Shown here: piece after piece, positions 40,070 through 56,185 of the stretch
Position numbering within the stretch: the first letter of the stretch is position 1
Layout of the letters: each line of letters begins with the position of its first letter
Source: Octopus sinensis
Lineage: Eukaryota
Length of the DNA stretch: 64,000 bases
Reading direction: 5' to 3'
Assembly (NCBI RefSeq): GCF_006345805.1
Contig: NC_043008.1
Coordinates: forward strand, 15,376,001 to 15,440,000
Position numbers and translations under genes: made by a program
The notes under the pieces: generated by a model
Seen by the model: the letters and a program-made list of their open reading frames with translations, nothing else
Told to the model about the DNA's origin: nothing
The model's database searches: none

Positions 40070-40232
40070 TATATAATAAAACGTGTAAAACAAATATAAA
40101 TTATAATTATATATTTGATATATAATATTAGAAGTTTTTTATTAATTTAAATTTATTGATATAAAAAACTGCTTAAAGTAACTGATAAAAAGAACATTAT
40201 TTTATACACACATGTATATAAATATAGAGACA

Positions 40233-40484
40233 TTCTTTTATTCTTTTACTTGTTTCTATCATTTGACTGTCGCCATGGTGGAGTACCACCTTTTAATCAA
40301 AGAAATCGCTTCCTGGACTTATTCCTTGTTAGCTTAGGGCTTATTCTATCGGTAACTTTTGCTGAACCGCTAATTTACTTGGGCAAGTGACGTCTACTAT
40401 AGCCTCGGGCCGACCAAAGCCTTGTGAGTGGATTTGGTAGACAGAAGCCCGTCGTATATATGCATATATATATATATATATGTG

Positions 40485-40528
<44 letters not shown>

Positions 40529-40728
40529 TGGTGTATGTTTCTGTGTCTGTGTGTTTGTCTCCCACTCCCCACCATCGCTTGACAACCGATGATGGTGTGT
40601 TTACTTAGCGGTTCGGCAAAAAGAGACCGATAGAATAAATACTAGGCTTACGATGAATAAGTCCAGGGGTGAATTTGCTCGACTAAGGGCGGTGCTCTAA
40701 GCAAGGCCGCGGTCAGATGACTGAAACA
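40233..40728. mobile_element. inverted SINE-A composite (minus 3' piece fused to 5'-truncated plus copy)
   Basis: 40233-40373 is the SINE-A tail in minus orientation; 40378-40728 is a plus copy starting at CTTGGGCAAG. Confidence 0.8.
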
Positions 40729-41061
40729 CACACAGGAATAATTGTCAGAATGCAAGTGTAGTATTCAAAGTTTTGTAGGACAATCAGCAATTTCAATACT
40801 TTGAATTGTCGTCAATGTTTAGAGTGTTTCAGGAAAATAACTATTCACTTCCAGGCATTCGATACAAAAAGTTCATACAATCATAGATGCTCATATAACA
40901 ACGCATTTATATATACAATCACATATACATACACGCAAACAAACACAAACGCATTTCTTCTCTTTTTCTCCTAACACCCTTACACGCATATGTAATACAG
41001 ACATACATACATAAATCCCCACGCATCCACACACATATGTGTGCGTGTGTGTGCATGTGTG

Positions 41062-41098
<37 letters not shown>

Positions 41099-41299
41099 TC
41101 AACAGTGACGAACGCTTGAAGAAGGAGTTTTCAGACCCACATTATAACGTCTATGGCTTATTTAAACTGAATATTTATCTCGCGACTGGATTTTCGCACC
41201 ACTGCGATAATAGACGGGAAATTACACTTATTCTCGTGCCTAACTTTGATAAATGCATCGGCACGGATGTCTTGTCCCCTGCATTAATCTAGCTTTACA

Positions 41300-42190
<891 letters not shown>

Positions 42191-43067
42191 TGTGGCGGCG
42201 AAAGGCGAGGGAGATATATAGTGATTGAAATGAAATGAGGAAAACTGCTTAGCTACGCACAAAATCTGAATCGTTCTCAGTGACATTGGTTTACATCAGT
42301 CGATTTTAGATTACAGACCTATGCGCTCTGATAGCTTTGTAATTATATAGGGTCTTGCTATAGGAAAATGAAGCCGGGACGAAATTGATAAATGTATAGT
42401 TGAATGGTGAAGGTTATAATACGGATAAATTAGATGTAGCTAGCGAGTTGAAAGACTCTGCAATAACATGCTGCAGCAATGTATCCGACGAACAAATAGT
42501 GCTTCTGATGATATACATGTAAACAAAATCATGCATATATGTTGATGCACAAGCTTACACGGAAATATGCAAGCACAAAATCAATTATTTACATACAGGT
42601 ATTTATATTGACGATCTCTCGCCTACACTTACAGTTCTATACACAATCATTCGGTAATGGTGAATAATACAGGTATGTATACTAAACTTGGAATAGCTGC
42701 ACGGTGGAGGGTTTTGTGTATGGAGCTACGAAGTTATTGGGAGAAATGGAACTGCATAAAAGCATGTGTGTATCTGTGTCTTTATGGATATATGTATAGC
42801 TATGTGTAAGCGTGTACGTGTATGTGTAAACAAATAATATATATATATATAATTATATATATATATATATATATATGTCAGTGTGTGCGCGTGTATATAT
42901 ATAAATATATAAATACATATGTATGTATGAGTGTATATATATATATATATATAATATATATATTGTATGTATGAGTGTATATATATATATGCGTATATAC
43001 ATATATATATATTTAAATATGTATATACATAAATATATATATGTTTTCTATATAAACATAATAATAC

Positions 43068-43109
<42 letters not shown>

Positions 43110-45406
43110 TATAACTATATATGTACATATACAAATATATATATGCATATATATGAGTGTGTGTATATATATATATATGTATATACGTATATATGCATGT
43201 CTTACGTATATGTGTCTATATTGGTGTTTTTTAATGTATACTCGCACACCCCGGCAATTATAATATTAAATGTTACCACTAGATATTTTGACCGAACAGG
43301 AACATTCTAATATACTCTCAGAACTTTAGTATCTGTTGAGCGCTTGAGTAAATCCAGTTGGAAAGGGACGTTATCTTAGTTATTCTTCATTTATTAATAA
43401 TTCTGCTTCGGAATTGCGATGGTAGTTGAGAATATACAATATTAAATCTTGATGTCGAAATAAGGATGCGTGGTAATGTCCGATGTAATCCTCACTTTGC
43501 TTGTAATTTTTTTAAATAATTGTCGTTGTAAATTGAATATATTTACATTGTACACGTGTTTTCGTCAAACATATTTGTGTACCAGTCTAGGAACTGCACG
43601 CACATTAGAAGGGTACAATTTTAAATGGAGTGACTACGACAGAGTTTCACTATCTGTTACAGGTCACTTTATTTCACGTCCTACTTATTGAAGAAATCAT
43701 GAACAATAAATTTGGTTCAATACTTTATCGTGAGCCAAACATCTAGGATATTTATATCTACTTTATAAGTCGTAATTATAATTCCATTATTATTGTCTTT
43801 TTAAGACGGCAGAAAATAATGTAAGCCGTTTTAATATTACATACATTCTGATTTAATCTTTCATCAGCGTCGCCTTTGCAGGAATAAAAACAAACCAATA
43901 TGTCACTACGAATCTGACTCTACCTACATTCGGCCAGCTATTGATATACATGCATTTGATAAAAAATATTGAATAAAATATGTTGTTTGAGAAATGTTTG
44001 TTGATGGATCTGTACCAATTTTATATAGAGAAATGTAATCCGAAACTTTTACAATTTAGAATATGTTACGATATGTTTGGTTAGAGTCAATTAACTGCCG
44101 TATATCATTTAAGCAAGATGTACAACAAAATAGAATTTGTTATTGGTTCAGCTTTCGAGAATACCCGGCATTTGATTTGCGTGAAGTAATTTTGAAAACG
44201 ATATAGTTTTCTTTAATATTTCCGGCATCGTATGCTGTGAGTCTAAAAGGAAATACGGCATATCTTTTTACACATAGATATTAAACAGCTATATTACCCT
44301 TGGAGAAGAACATTTGGCTTGACTGTTTGTATGAAGTCAACGAAATCAATAATTTCGCCGTAAACGATTTTCCATCAACTGATGTGCTTCCGCTGAAGTA
44401 GATACATAATCCTACAAACAGAGGCAAATATATCGAAGCTTAACTGTATAGAAGTTCAAACGTGCCCGAGTAAGTTTACGACTGCCATACGTTAGGTTAA
44501 AGCGAGCCGTGGCAATCATACGTTTAGTTACATATATATTTTTTTAACAGCGATGTATAGAAAAATTGGCTTTTTCATTGTTTGCTTTCACATCAAAATG
44601 GCACGACACAAATCTATTTATTGATTCGGATGTGGATTTAATAGCTTGATATCATGGTGGTATGTTTGTTGGTTTTATTTTGTCCATTATCGGTACCTTT
44701 TTACGTTGGTTTGGTTCAAGAAAATATCCACATTCTAGGAACAGCTGCACAAGGAGCATTCTTCAGCTACGTGAAGCTAATGAGACATGTCGAAACAGAT
44801 AAACGTGGTTCCATTATCGACGGAATACAGGAAAATAACCAGGCTGCAGCGCCACTCCATAATAATGGTCTCACATGGAATTACTTTCATCTAAAGTCAG
44901 CAATATTCCAATGCAGTCGTGAAAATTGAATTATACATCCATCTCATTGAAATCGTGATTGAAAAAACGAGAAGACATTTTTCAATAATTCAGTTAAAAT
45001 AGTCAAGAGCAAAATTAAATTCTAATTTATACAATTTTGGAATATATTTTTCTTGATATCAATTTCATATTACAGAAAATAAATAAAAACAGTCTCCCTG
45101 ATGTTGTAAGCATCTTTCATACAATTATTGGAAAAGAAATTATCGAGAAAATAAGTAACGAAACTGGATATTTTATGCTTTTTAATGCTTAATTAGATTA
45201 GAAGATATGTATTTTTCCTGTTCCAGCAGAAAAAAAAAATGTCTGAAAATCAAAGAAAAAGGAAAGAAGATATTTTAAACTTCAAATTCCCACAGCTGCA
45301 TATTTAAGGATTCTTGAAAGAAATTAACCGAGTTTATTTGTCATAAACAGACAGAACAGATCAACCAATGAAAAAATCTCAGTAACTAGACACTAAATGC
45401 AGTAGT

Positions 45407-45444
<38 letters not shown>

Positions 45445-45457
45445 TAGTAGTAGAAGT

Positions 45458-45633
45458 AATTTCAAATTTTGGCACAAGGCCAGCATATTTCGAGGAGGAG
45501 TAAGTCGACAGCATCGACCTCAGTATTCAGCTGGTACTTATTTTATCAACCTCGAAAAGGGGAAACTCAAAGTCAACCTCGGTGAAATGCCGCAAACTTT
45601 TAGTCCGGCATGCTAACGAGTCTGTCATCCCGC
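45458..45633 (-). mobile_element. degenerate SINE-B copy between (CAG)/(TAG)n and (CTT)n tracts
   Basis: GGCACAAGGCC..GTCGAC..ATCGACC..CTGGTACTTATTTTATC..GCTAACGA matches family B. Confidence 0.65.
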
Positions 45634-46012
45634 TTCTTCTTCTTCTTCTTCTTCTTCTTCTTCTTCTTCTTCTTCTTCTTTCTTCTTCTTCTTCTTCTTC
45701 TCTTCTTCTTCTTCTTCTTCTTCTTCTTCTTCTTCTGCTAGAAAAACAATAGGCCAGATATTACAATCATAGTTTTAAAAAAAAGCCAAGTTGGTTGCTT
45801 CTTGACCCATCATGCCCATTGATTCCAGGATTGTAAAGAAAGAGGGAAAAAACAAAGGAAATACAGTCCCCTAAAATTTGAAATAAGAGGAATAATAATA
45901 ATAATGATGATGATGATGATGATGATGACGATGATGATGATGATAATGATGATGATGATAATGATGATGATGATGATGATGATGATGATAATAATAAAAA
46001 CAATAATAATAG

Positions 46013-46426
46013 TAGGCGCAGGAGTGGCTGTGTGGTAAGTAGCTTGCTAACCAACCACATGGTTCCGGGTTCAGTCCCACTGCGTGGCATCTTGGGCAAG
46101 TGTCTTCTGCTATAGCCTCGGGCTGACCAATGCCTTGTGAGTGGATTTGGTAGACGGAAACTGAAAGAAGCCTGTCGTATATGTGTATATATATGTATGT
46201 ATGTGTGTGTATGTGTTTGTGTGTTTGTCCCCCTAGCATTGCTTGACAACCGATGCTGGTGTGTTTACGTCCCCGTCACTTAGCGGTTCGGCAAAAGAGA
46301 CCGATAGAATAAGTACTGGGCTTACAAAGAAGAAGTCCCGGGGTCGATTTGGTCGACTAAAGGCGGTGCTGCAGCTTGGCCGCAGTCAAATGACTGAAAC
46401 AAGTAAAAGATTAAAGAGTAAAGAGT
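46013..46426 (+). mobile_element. SINE family A, full length, in an (AAT)/(GAT)n tract
   Basis: Complete head, body and tail. Confidence 0.92.
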
Positions 46427-46442
46427 AATAATAATAATAATG

Positions 46443-46492
<50 letters not shown>

Positions 46493-47163
46493 TGTCGTGT
46501 CAGTTTACTTTGGAACATTAAGTACAGTTCCTCCAAAACGCATTATCTTTCTATTGGAAACTGTCGCGGATCAAGATCAACGTACAAGTACCCCCACCTT
46601 CAGTTCATTCTTTTAAAGAAAAGGCCTCAGGTAGAAGCTTACTTTCTCAAGATTTTTCAGTTATTCTAATCCAAAAACAAACAGCGCAAAATTAGTTTCT
46701 GAGACCCACACTGAGCATAAAGCTGGAGAATTACCAACAATTACGTCATATATTATGATGATGCACGTGAGAAGCAGTGGTTTCCTATCACGCAAGTTAC
46801 CGAAGTTGTTTGAACTGGCATGAACGTCGCTATTTCATTCGAAATCAAGTCCTTTTGTCTTAAAGGATCAGGTGATGGTGTTTAGTTGAATAACTCATTA
46901 CTAAATATGAATTGATTGATATCATTTGCATGTTGCCTTTATTCAATATTTCCATTTGTTCCATTTGGTACAAAGCTCCTTAATTTTTAGTGTGTAACCT
47001 TGAGGGTTGTTTTATAACAGATTCTGCAATGGCACTGGCGAGGGAATTAAAGCGAAATATAAAGCGTTAAGCTGGTACTGGAATGGCGATACAGTTTCTC
47101 AGTTTATTTCTCATACGGGAATAATACGAGATATGATGTTATACATTTGTGTGTACGTGTATA

Positions 47164-47373
47164 CTCTTTACTCTTTTACTTGTTTCAGTCATTTGACAGT
47201 GGTCATGCTGGAGCACCGCCTTTAGTCGAGCAAATCGACCCCAGGACTTATTCTTTGTAAGCCTAGTACTTATTCTATCGGTCTCTTTTGCCGAACCGCT
47301 AGGTTACGGGGACGTAAACACACCAGCATCGGTTGTCAAGCGATGTTGGGGGCGGGGACAAACATAGACACAA

Positions 47374-47414
<41 letters not shown>

Positions 47415-47587
47415 CATATATACGACGAGCTTCTTTCAGTTTCCGTCTATCAAATCCACTCACAAGGCTTTGGTCGGCTCGAGGCTATTTTAGAAGACAC
47501 TTGCCCAAGGTGCCGCGCAGTGGGACTGAACCCGGAACATGGTGGTTCGTAAGCCAGCTACTTACCACACAGCCACTCCTACGCCTA
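47164..47587 (-). mobile_element. SINE family A, full length
   Basis: Complete unit, reverse strand. Confidence 0.92.
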
Positions 47588-47591
47588 TATC

Positions 47592-47998
47592 AATAATAAT
47601 CATTTCTACTGGAAGAACAAGGCTTCAAATTTGTGGGATTGGATTAAGTGGATTACATCAAACCAAGTGCGTAACTGGTACTTAATTTATCGACCCCGAA
47701 ACGATGAAAGGCAAAGTCGACCTCGGCAGAATTTGAACTCAGAATGTTGCGGCAGACGAAATACCTATTTCTTTACTGCTCACAAGGAGCTAAACACAGA
47801 GGGGACAATCAAGGACAGACACACAGATTAAGTCGATTATATCGACCCCAGTGCGTAACTAGTACTTATTTAATCGACCGCGACAGGATGAAGGGCAAAA
47901 TCGACCTCGGCGGAATTTGAACTCAGAACGTAACAGCAGACGAAATACGGCTAATCATTTCGCTCGGCGTGCTAACGAGTCTGCCAGCACCCCGCTTT
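47592..47998 (-). mobile_element. dimeric SINE-B unit
   Basis: Same two-monomer layout and internal junction (GACGAAATAC|CTATTTCTTTACT) as 2228-2626. Confidence 0.82.
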
Positions 47999-48001
47999 AT
48001 C

Positions 48002-48036
<35 letters not shown>

Positions 48037-48395
48037 CAACAAAGAGGTTTACGCATAGCATTACCTTTAATTCTTCTATATTTAGAGCTTTCCATAGACC
48101 TGCACATGTTTCAACCACATCGATGTGTAACCGTTGCAATTGCAACCTTACTATAATACCAGTGCAGTTTATCCAGAGTTTTACTTTAATATTCTTCGAT
48201 TTAACTGTTCAAAGTTTTTCATTTACCTACTCTGCGTTGTAAGATGTAGAGTTGTTCGTTAATTTAGACGCGAACTATCTTCAATTCAAGTTTTCATTGG
48301 ATAATCATTTATAGTCCTCTATTTGGAAACATTCTGTTGTTTACATGTTTATTACTTATTAATGCTGAGCAAAGAACACAAGTATGTATACATAC

Positions 48396-48469
<74 letters not shown>

Positions 48470-49253
48470 GTCACGGACAAAATAATGACAGTACGTCCTT
48501 CAGAATTGTTTGAATTTTTGCAAGAAATGGAAGCAAATTTGAAAGAAGAAGAAAAAAAACAAAAAGACAATAATAATAATAACGTAATATATATAAATGT
48601 CAAATGGTTTGGTGCGTGACTTTTGGTTCACACCATACATATATATATAAGCTCGGCTATCCCATTAGTTAAGCTCACAAGGACGGGAAATGGTACCCTG
48701 GTTGTTTAGTGGTTAACAGTTATCCCTTATGACTAATAGTAGACCATTCTCTTAGTTCCCAGTTTTCCGACGAAGCTAGACTATGAAAGCATTGTCTAAG
48801 CAGAGCTTCTGCACCAATCCTACCATCAACACTAAATGCTAATGAGACTTGTACAGCTAAAAGGCTTCCTACATTTACATTTACAGACGCCACAGATCGT
48901 TTTAAGATAATGGTAAATACCTCCGAGCTTTATTCTTCTCTAAATAAATTCTTTATCGAAGTATATTACGCTCATATGATAAACTTAGAAGTGTGCATTA
49001 ATTCATATTTTACAAATGTACAATTTTGCATTAAAAAAATATAACAGGAATATGTTTCTACATTATACAGCTATCATAAATTTCTGAAAGCATTTGCTAA
49101 CACACAATTATCGCTACTTATAAGGAGTCTATTAAGAGTAATGCACAATATTTTGTTGATGACAGTATCTTAATATGCATACATATATATACATATATAC
49201 ACACACACATACATAAATATATAATATGTAATACATACTTATATATTACATAT

Positions 49254-49314
<61 letters not shown>

Positions 49315-49769
49315 CATATGTGTGTGTAATTGTATATATGTATGTGTGTGTGTGTATGTATATAGATTGCTTCGGCTAAATTATCCCAAGACAAATTACT
49401 TACCGTTTCTAGCATTTTGGCAATTAGTTACAAAAAGATACGATATTACTCTGAAATATCAAGCGAGAATATATGGATACAAAAAGGAATAAAAAGGCCT
49501 GATAAAATAGGAATTGTAAATTGTTATTAACCAAGAGGATAGTTTGTATGCGTAGGTAGCTACAGTATATTCCAAAATGTAAAGATAAAAGTAATATGTA
49601 TGGCAATATTTGTTTCAGAATCCCTTCTAGCATTGTGAAAACCAATAATAATATCGCTATCTCATCTATTCACAAATGCACACAAAATTTTCTCTCTTAA
49701 TGCCAACAATCATACTCAGCGTAATCACTTTATGTAAAGCAATGCGAGTATTAGATTGTGTATACGTAT

Positions 49770-49822
49770 GTATGTATGTATGTATGTATGTATGTGTATG
49801 CATGCGTGCGTATTTATATATA

Positions 49823-49909
<87 letters not shown>

Positions 49910-49917
49910 ATATATAT

Positions 49918-49951
<34 letters not shown>

Positions 49952-50088
49952 ATATATATATTATATATGTATGTATGTAAATATGTATACACGCACATGT
50001 ACAGGTATAAGGTAAGCGATATCCAACAATATATAAAAAACATGCATATATATAAATATACATAAAGATGTTAATATATATAATATAT

Positions 50089-50119
<31 letters not shown>

Positions 50120-50281
50120 GTAGAGATAGATAGATACATATATACATATAAGCATACATTAATGTATTGTATATGTGTACTCATACATGTACATATATAT
50201 ATGTTTTTATATATATATATATATATACATATATATATACATATATATATATACATATATTATACATATATATATATATAC

Positions 50282-50317
<36 letters not shown>

Positions 50318-50454
50318 CAATATATATATTCATATATATATACATATATATTCATATATATACATATATATATTCATATATATATACATATTATATACAT
50401 ATATATATATGCATACCTGCCTTCGTCTTTTGTTTATTTTCATAAAGCTTCCCG

Positions 50455-50500
<46 letters not shown>
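49770..50500. repeat. (TA)n-rich microsatellite field
   Basis: Visible; source of the IYIY ORFs. Confidence 0.9.
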
Positions 50501-50504
<4 letters not shown>

Positions 50505-50984
50505 CCACACCATTTGTATTTCTATATGTGTATGTATATATACATTCATTCATATACGTTTGTGTGGGCGGACGGATGGGCGGTTATGTAAGATGTGTAT
50601 GTGTATGTGCACATGTAAGTGTGCACGAGACTGCACAATATTGAAAGAATAAACTTTATTATTTATATACTTAAAATTCCATTTACTTACCAATTGTTTC
50701 TCGAGTATTTGCAGATTTATAGAAATTATCGTTTCAGTTCACATTAAAATGACGATGTATAAAAAATATATACATTAAATTCTTCTGCAGATTTTGATCA
50801 TTGGTTAACAGACATGTAGAGCGAACGGTTTCAAGTGTATTTGTTGATTATACCGGCGGTAACTATTAATCGTTTGTCTAAGAATTATCTTTGATAATTA
50901 ATTGTCCGAAGTGCTATGATAACATGTATAATAGTCACGCTGTTATACATGAGAGGTCGAGAAGGCTCGCACACACACACATAT

Positions 50985-51383
50985 AGTGGCTGTGTGGTAA
51001 GTAGCTTGCTTAGCAACCACATGGTACCGGGTTCAATCCCGTTACGTAGCACCTTGAGCAAGTGTTTTCTACTATAGCGTAGGGCCGACCAAACCCTTGT
51101 GAGTGGATTTGGTAGACGGAAACTGAAAGAAGCCCGTCGTATATATGTATATATATATATATGTGTGTGTGTCTGTGTGTGTGTGTGTGTGTGTATGTTT
51201 GTGTGTCTGTGTTTGTCCCCCAACATCGCTTGACAATTGATGCTGGTGTGTTTACGTCCCCGTAACTTAGCAGTTCGGCAAAAGATACCGATAAAATAAA
51301 TACTAGGACGATTTGCTTGACAAAAGCCGGGGCTCCAGCATGGCCATAGTCAAATGACTGACACAAGTGAAAGAGTAAAAGAG
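50985..51383 (+). mobile_element. SINE family A
   Basis: Near full length with a small internal deletion in the tail region. Confidence 0.88.
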
Positions 51384-51629
51384 TATATACATATATATAT
51401 ATACACATTGATGTATATGTGTATGGGGCTTTGTATAAAAGAACTATATTAGAAAATTCCAACCGAAGCTAAATAAACAGTAATACTAATACTTAGAGCT
51501 ATTATTTCTGCTGCTACGAGCGCTACCACTAATAACAACAGCAATGCTAAAGGTGTCCATGATGGCGATAGAAGGAAAATACTAGGTAAGTCAAGAGAAC
51601 TGTCTGCTGAGTGCACCAACTTGAAGGGA

Positions 51630-51800
51630 ATTAGTCGAACAAATCAACCCAGGACTTATGTTTTTAAAACCTAAAACGTATTCTATCAGTCTCTTTTGTA
51701 GAACCGGTAAGTTACGGAGACGTAAACACACCAATACCGGTTGTCAAGCGGTGATGAGGGTACAAACACAGAAACATATGCATACACACAGATATATACA
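51630..51800 (-). mobile_element. SINE family A fragment
   Basis: TTAGTCGAACAAATC..TATTCTATCAGTCTCTTTTG..GGTTGTCAAGCG. Confidence 0.7.
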
Positions 51801-51804
51801 TACG

Positions 51805-51843
<39 letters not shown>

Positions 51844-51864
51844 ATGTCTGTGTGTGTTTCTGTA

Positions 51865-51897
<33 letters not shown>

Positions 51898-52262
51898 GGT
51901 CGGGAAGTGTATGTATGAATGTTTATTATAGTGTTCAATACATTTGCAACTGGCAGGTTTTTTTTTTAGTAAAGTATTACTGGTATATTCTATACGAATG
52001 CATATTTAATACGATTGAAATGGTAGGTATTTTGCCTAAGCTGGACTGAAACCAGACAATGCAATTTCGGTCACGTCTGTATTTGAACTCAAAACGCATT
52101 GTGATGTAATTCAATAACGTAAAGCATTTCATACGAAAAATTAGCTACTCTGTCCAACCTAAGTACCTTACAAGCATCGATTTATTTTCTCGTTTTATAC
52201 ACATACATATGTAAATCATCAACAATCATCAATCAATCAATCAATCAGTCAATCAATTTTTC

Positions 52263-52329
<67 letters not shown>

Positions 52330-52452
52330 GCCTGTCTATTTGCCTGCCGCCGGCCGGCCTGTGTATTTGTGTCTAGCTGTTTGTCCCTGTATCCGTCTGT
52401 CAATCTCCTTCTCTCTCTCTCTCGCTCTCTCTCTCTTATGCATGTATGTGTG

Positions 52453-52483
<31 letters not shown>

Positions 52484-52543
52484 CTACCTATACATACATA
52501 TATTTCTCTCTCTTTCTCTGCCTCTCTCTCTTGCCTTCCCTAT

Positions 52544-52599
<56 letters not shown>

Positions 52600-53404
52600 G
52601 CATATACATACCTATGCATGTGTGTATAGAAGTATGTAAAAGTACGTGTGTGAATAATGTTTATTGAACATGGAAATCTCTCTCAATATATAAATCCTCA
52701 CATGAGGACACAGTTAATCATTGAATACATACGTAAAAATACTTTTTGCTTTTATCCTTTTCCAAACCAACCAGGTCTTATGGGCTTACGGTTAATTCTA
52801 ACATCTGTAGCATTGAGGGATTTATTAACAACTTATATTGAAAACCAAAACTTGAAATTATAAAAGCAACAAGACAACCACAACAACTAGAACAACACTA
52901 AAAAGGCCAAAAAAAAACAAACACGTTGGCAGCAAATTAATTAAATACTCACACGTGCAAAATGCTTTAATCAAGTTATGTGTTTATTATCGGTGTTTTT
53001 AGTGGAAATATCCATAGAATAATCAAAATTTTCGACCGTCGCTTGCAAGTAATATTTGTTTAATAAAATGATTAAAGAACAAGTGAATAGCAGATGGAGA
53101 GCAATGATTTGTATGGAGAGATTTTGCATGAATTCCCTGGATATAGCAGGCCGACTTCAAAAGCTACATAATATATCAAAGAACGACATCGTTAACAACA
53201 AGAAAAACGATATCTACATAATACCATATATATATATATACGCAATATATAGATGTAATATATATATAGATATATATATATATATATATATATATGCGTG
53301 CGTGTGTGTGTGTATGTGTGTGTATGTGTGTGTTGTGGGGTATATATACATCTATAATATAAGTATATATAAAATATAATAAATGTATCTATGTATTTAT
53401 GATG

Positions 53405-53446
<42 letters not shown>

Positions 53447-53571
53447 CCTTATATCATTACTATATCTGATTTTATTTAATATACGTGCGTGCATTAATGT
53501 GAGTCTGCATACACACACATATATGTATATAACTATATATATATAGGTAGTACACACTCACATAATATATA

Positions 53572-53602
<31 letters not shown>

Positions 53603-54944
53603 TATATACATATATACATATACAACTATCTATATATGTGTGTGTGTGTGTGGTTAGGTATGTACGCTAGGATATGGATATGTATATATCTATATAGACA
53701 TTTATATACATCTATATATGTAACCGTGTATATATATAAACGTGGGTGTATTCATATGCATAGAAGTATGTACGTATACATTTATGTACACACACACACA
53801 CATAAGTCTAAACCGTGATTTAATATATCAAGGGAATTAATCATGTCGCTATACCTGTAAATATCTCCTTTTAGTCGTCTCACTCTGTAAAGAGAGTCGT
53901 TCATTTTTATTTGCCGGTGAAAACGACGATGATTGCAACAGCGACACCTGCAATATCTAATGTAATAGCAACAACATGATGAATAAGATCTATATGAAAA
54001 ATAACACCAATAACGTGACATTTCCCCCCTACATCTATTGCGCCTAGTTGCAGGAAGCAGAATTGAGGAAACACACTTAAAAGAAGGCAGATAGAAATAT
54101 CAATGTTTATAATATTTTCATTGATTATGGCTTCTGCTTCTTCCCTTATTCTCAGCTTCTTTCACCACGTCCGATACCTTCCGTCTCGATCATTCACTCT
54201 CTGTTTCTTCGCTATTTGGCATTTTGTTACCTCTAATTCTCTGCCCTGCTATGTACCATATCAAGATATATAAACGTCACTTTCTCTCTGACTGTTATCA
54301 TCTTAGTGCCTAAACCAGCAAACCAATATTCAGGAAACTTTGCACCCATGTTACACGAACATCCAGTTTAGTAAAAGGCAAATTGGACTTCACAAAAAGT
54401 CTATAAGTTACCCCCATGGACATTGAGCTAATTATGTGATAAAATGAGAAGGTTGTAAAAATTATTAGTCTGAAGGAAAGCTTGCAACAGAATGTGGGTG
54501 ACTTATATCAGTACAGCGAAAACAGCGGTGGCAATAAGACGTAACATCACTACAGCTGTCATATACACGCGACGCTGCATACATACCCACGTAAATACAT
54601 AGATACAATACGCATACATTTATACACTCTCACAAAAAGGGTGTGTGTGAGGAAAAACCTAGTTTTAAGGAGAGAGGGCTGTAGGTGTCTTATCTGCTGT
54701 CCATCGCAAAGAAACACTCACACACAAAACATATAATATATAATATATATATATATATATATATAGATATATATATATATAGATATATATATATAATATA
54801 TATATATATATGTATATTAAAAATGATACACTCAAGATATTCCCAAGAATTCATTAAAAAGCAGTACTAATCACTGATATAATCCATAATGTGCCAATTT
54901 TAAGTTATTTGAACATTTAACACCATACTACTTTCACACTACCT

Positions 54945-55060
54945 ACATTCCTTCTTCTTCTCCCTTCTCTTTCTTCTTCTTCTTCTTCTTCTTCTTCTTC
55001 TTCTTCTTCTTCTTCTTCTTCTTCATCTTCTTCTTCTTCTTCTTCATCTTCTTCTTCTCC
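54945..55060. repeat. (CTT)n microsatellite
   Basis: Visible; gives the poly-K ORF. Confidence 0.95.
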
Positions 55061-55870
55061 ATAATGTATACAGTTAAGCTGTCAGATACATACTCACACA
55101 CTTGTATATAAATATATACATGCATACTCCCATATGTTATGTCGAAATCAGTGACTTCGGTCAATGGAAACTCTTTATGTACTTATTCCCAAAGAATATC
55201 GCCCAGAAAAGAAAAGAAATTGCTATTGATACGTACATTTTAAAAAGATGATGGTAAATGTAAATGCGAAGGAGTGCCTCGTTTCCTGACGGTCGGAGCA
55301 GTAAACAATAAAATTTATATCATATTCCATCCGTCGGATTAACTTAGCTGCAGTATGGTTGCAAATGAGACAGTGATTAACTATGGCAGGTCATCGAACT
55401 ATCGCGAGAACTGAGGTAGATCTTTGAAATGAACCAAGTATTCTACAGTGTCTATAAACATGCAAAGAATATCCCTGTAAAGCTTAAATTTAAATCACGA
55501 AGAGAGATACGGTTGCAAATTACCTATCTATTCAAGAATGTCATGGGGTCTTCTTTTTGGCTTCATATGTCTCCTGGCATAGATATCGAAGTCCATCTAA
55601 TTCATTCCTTTATCTCTCTGTCTCTCTGTCTCTCTTTTCTTCTAGATGCCTTCAGCTGGGAAGTAATATTACCGGTAAAGGCATGCAGTTGCGTTATACT
55701 CTATGATCGATAACTGATAAGGAATTAGAGACCTTCTGCGCCTGGTTTCTCTTCATCTGTGCATTTAATACATGTTTTTTAACTTACGACTCTATGACTG
55801 TTTTCCGTTTGTGCATTTACTGTACATCTTCTCCCTTATCAACTAACGGAACGCAACGTACTTGGTTTAT

Positions 55871-55904
<34 letters not shown>

Positions 55905-55988
55905 ATATATATAAATATATATACACACACATACATATATATATACACACATATATATATATATATATACGTATATATATATGTGTAG

Positions 55989-56028
<40 letters not shown>

Positions 56029-56133
56029 CATGTATATATGTGTGTATATATATACACATGTGTGTTCGTGTGTTTGTATGTGTGTCTATAAGCATATACA
56101 TTTAATAATGTATATATAATATATATATATTAT

Positions 56134-56182
<49 letters not shown>

Positions 56183-56185
56183 TTT

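Noticed and set aside
44654-44929. 91-aa non-repetitive ORF, and an SxDxGxTF (Asp-box-like) word on the opposite strand
   Set aside because: No recognisable family, no convincing splice-site pair, and the antisense frame stops soon after the motif.
48468-48619. Protein-like stretch TVRPSELFEFLQEMEANLKEEEKKQKD
   Set aside because: Short, A-rich, flanked by microsatellites, with no donor site or homology I can support.
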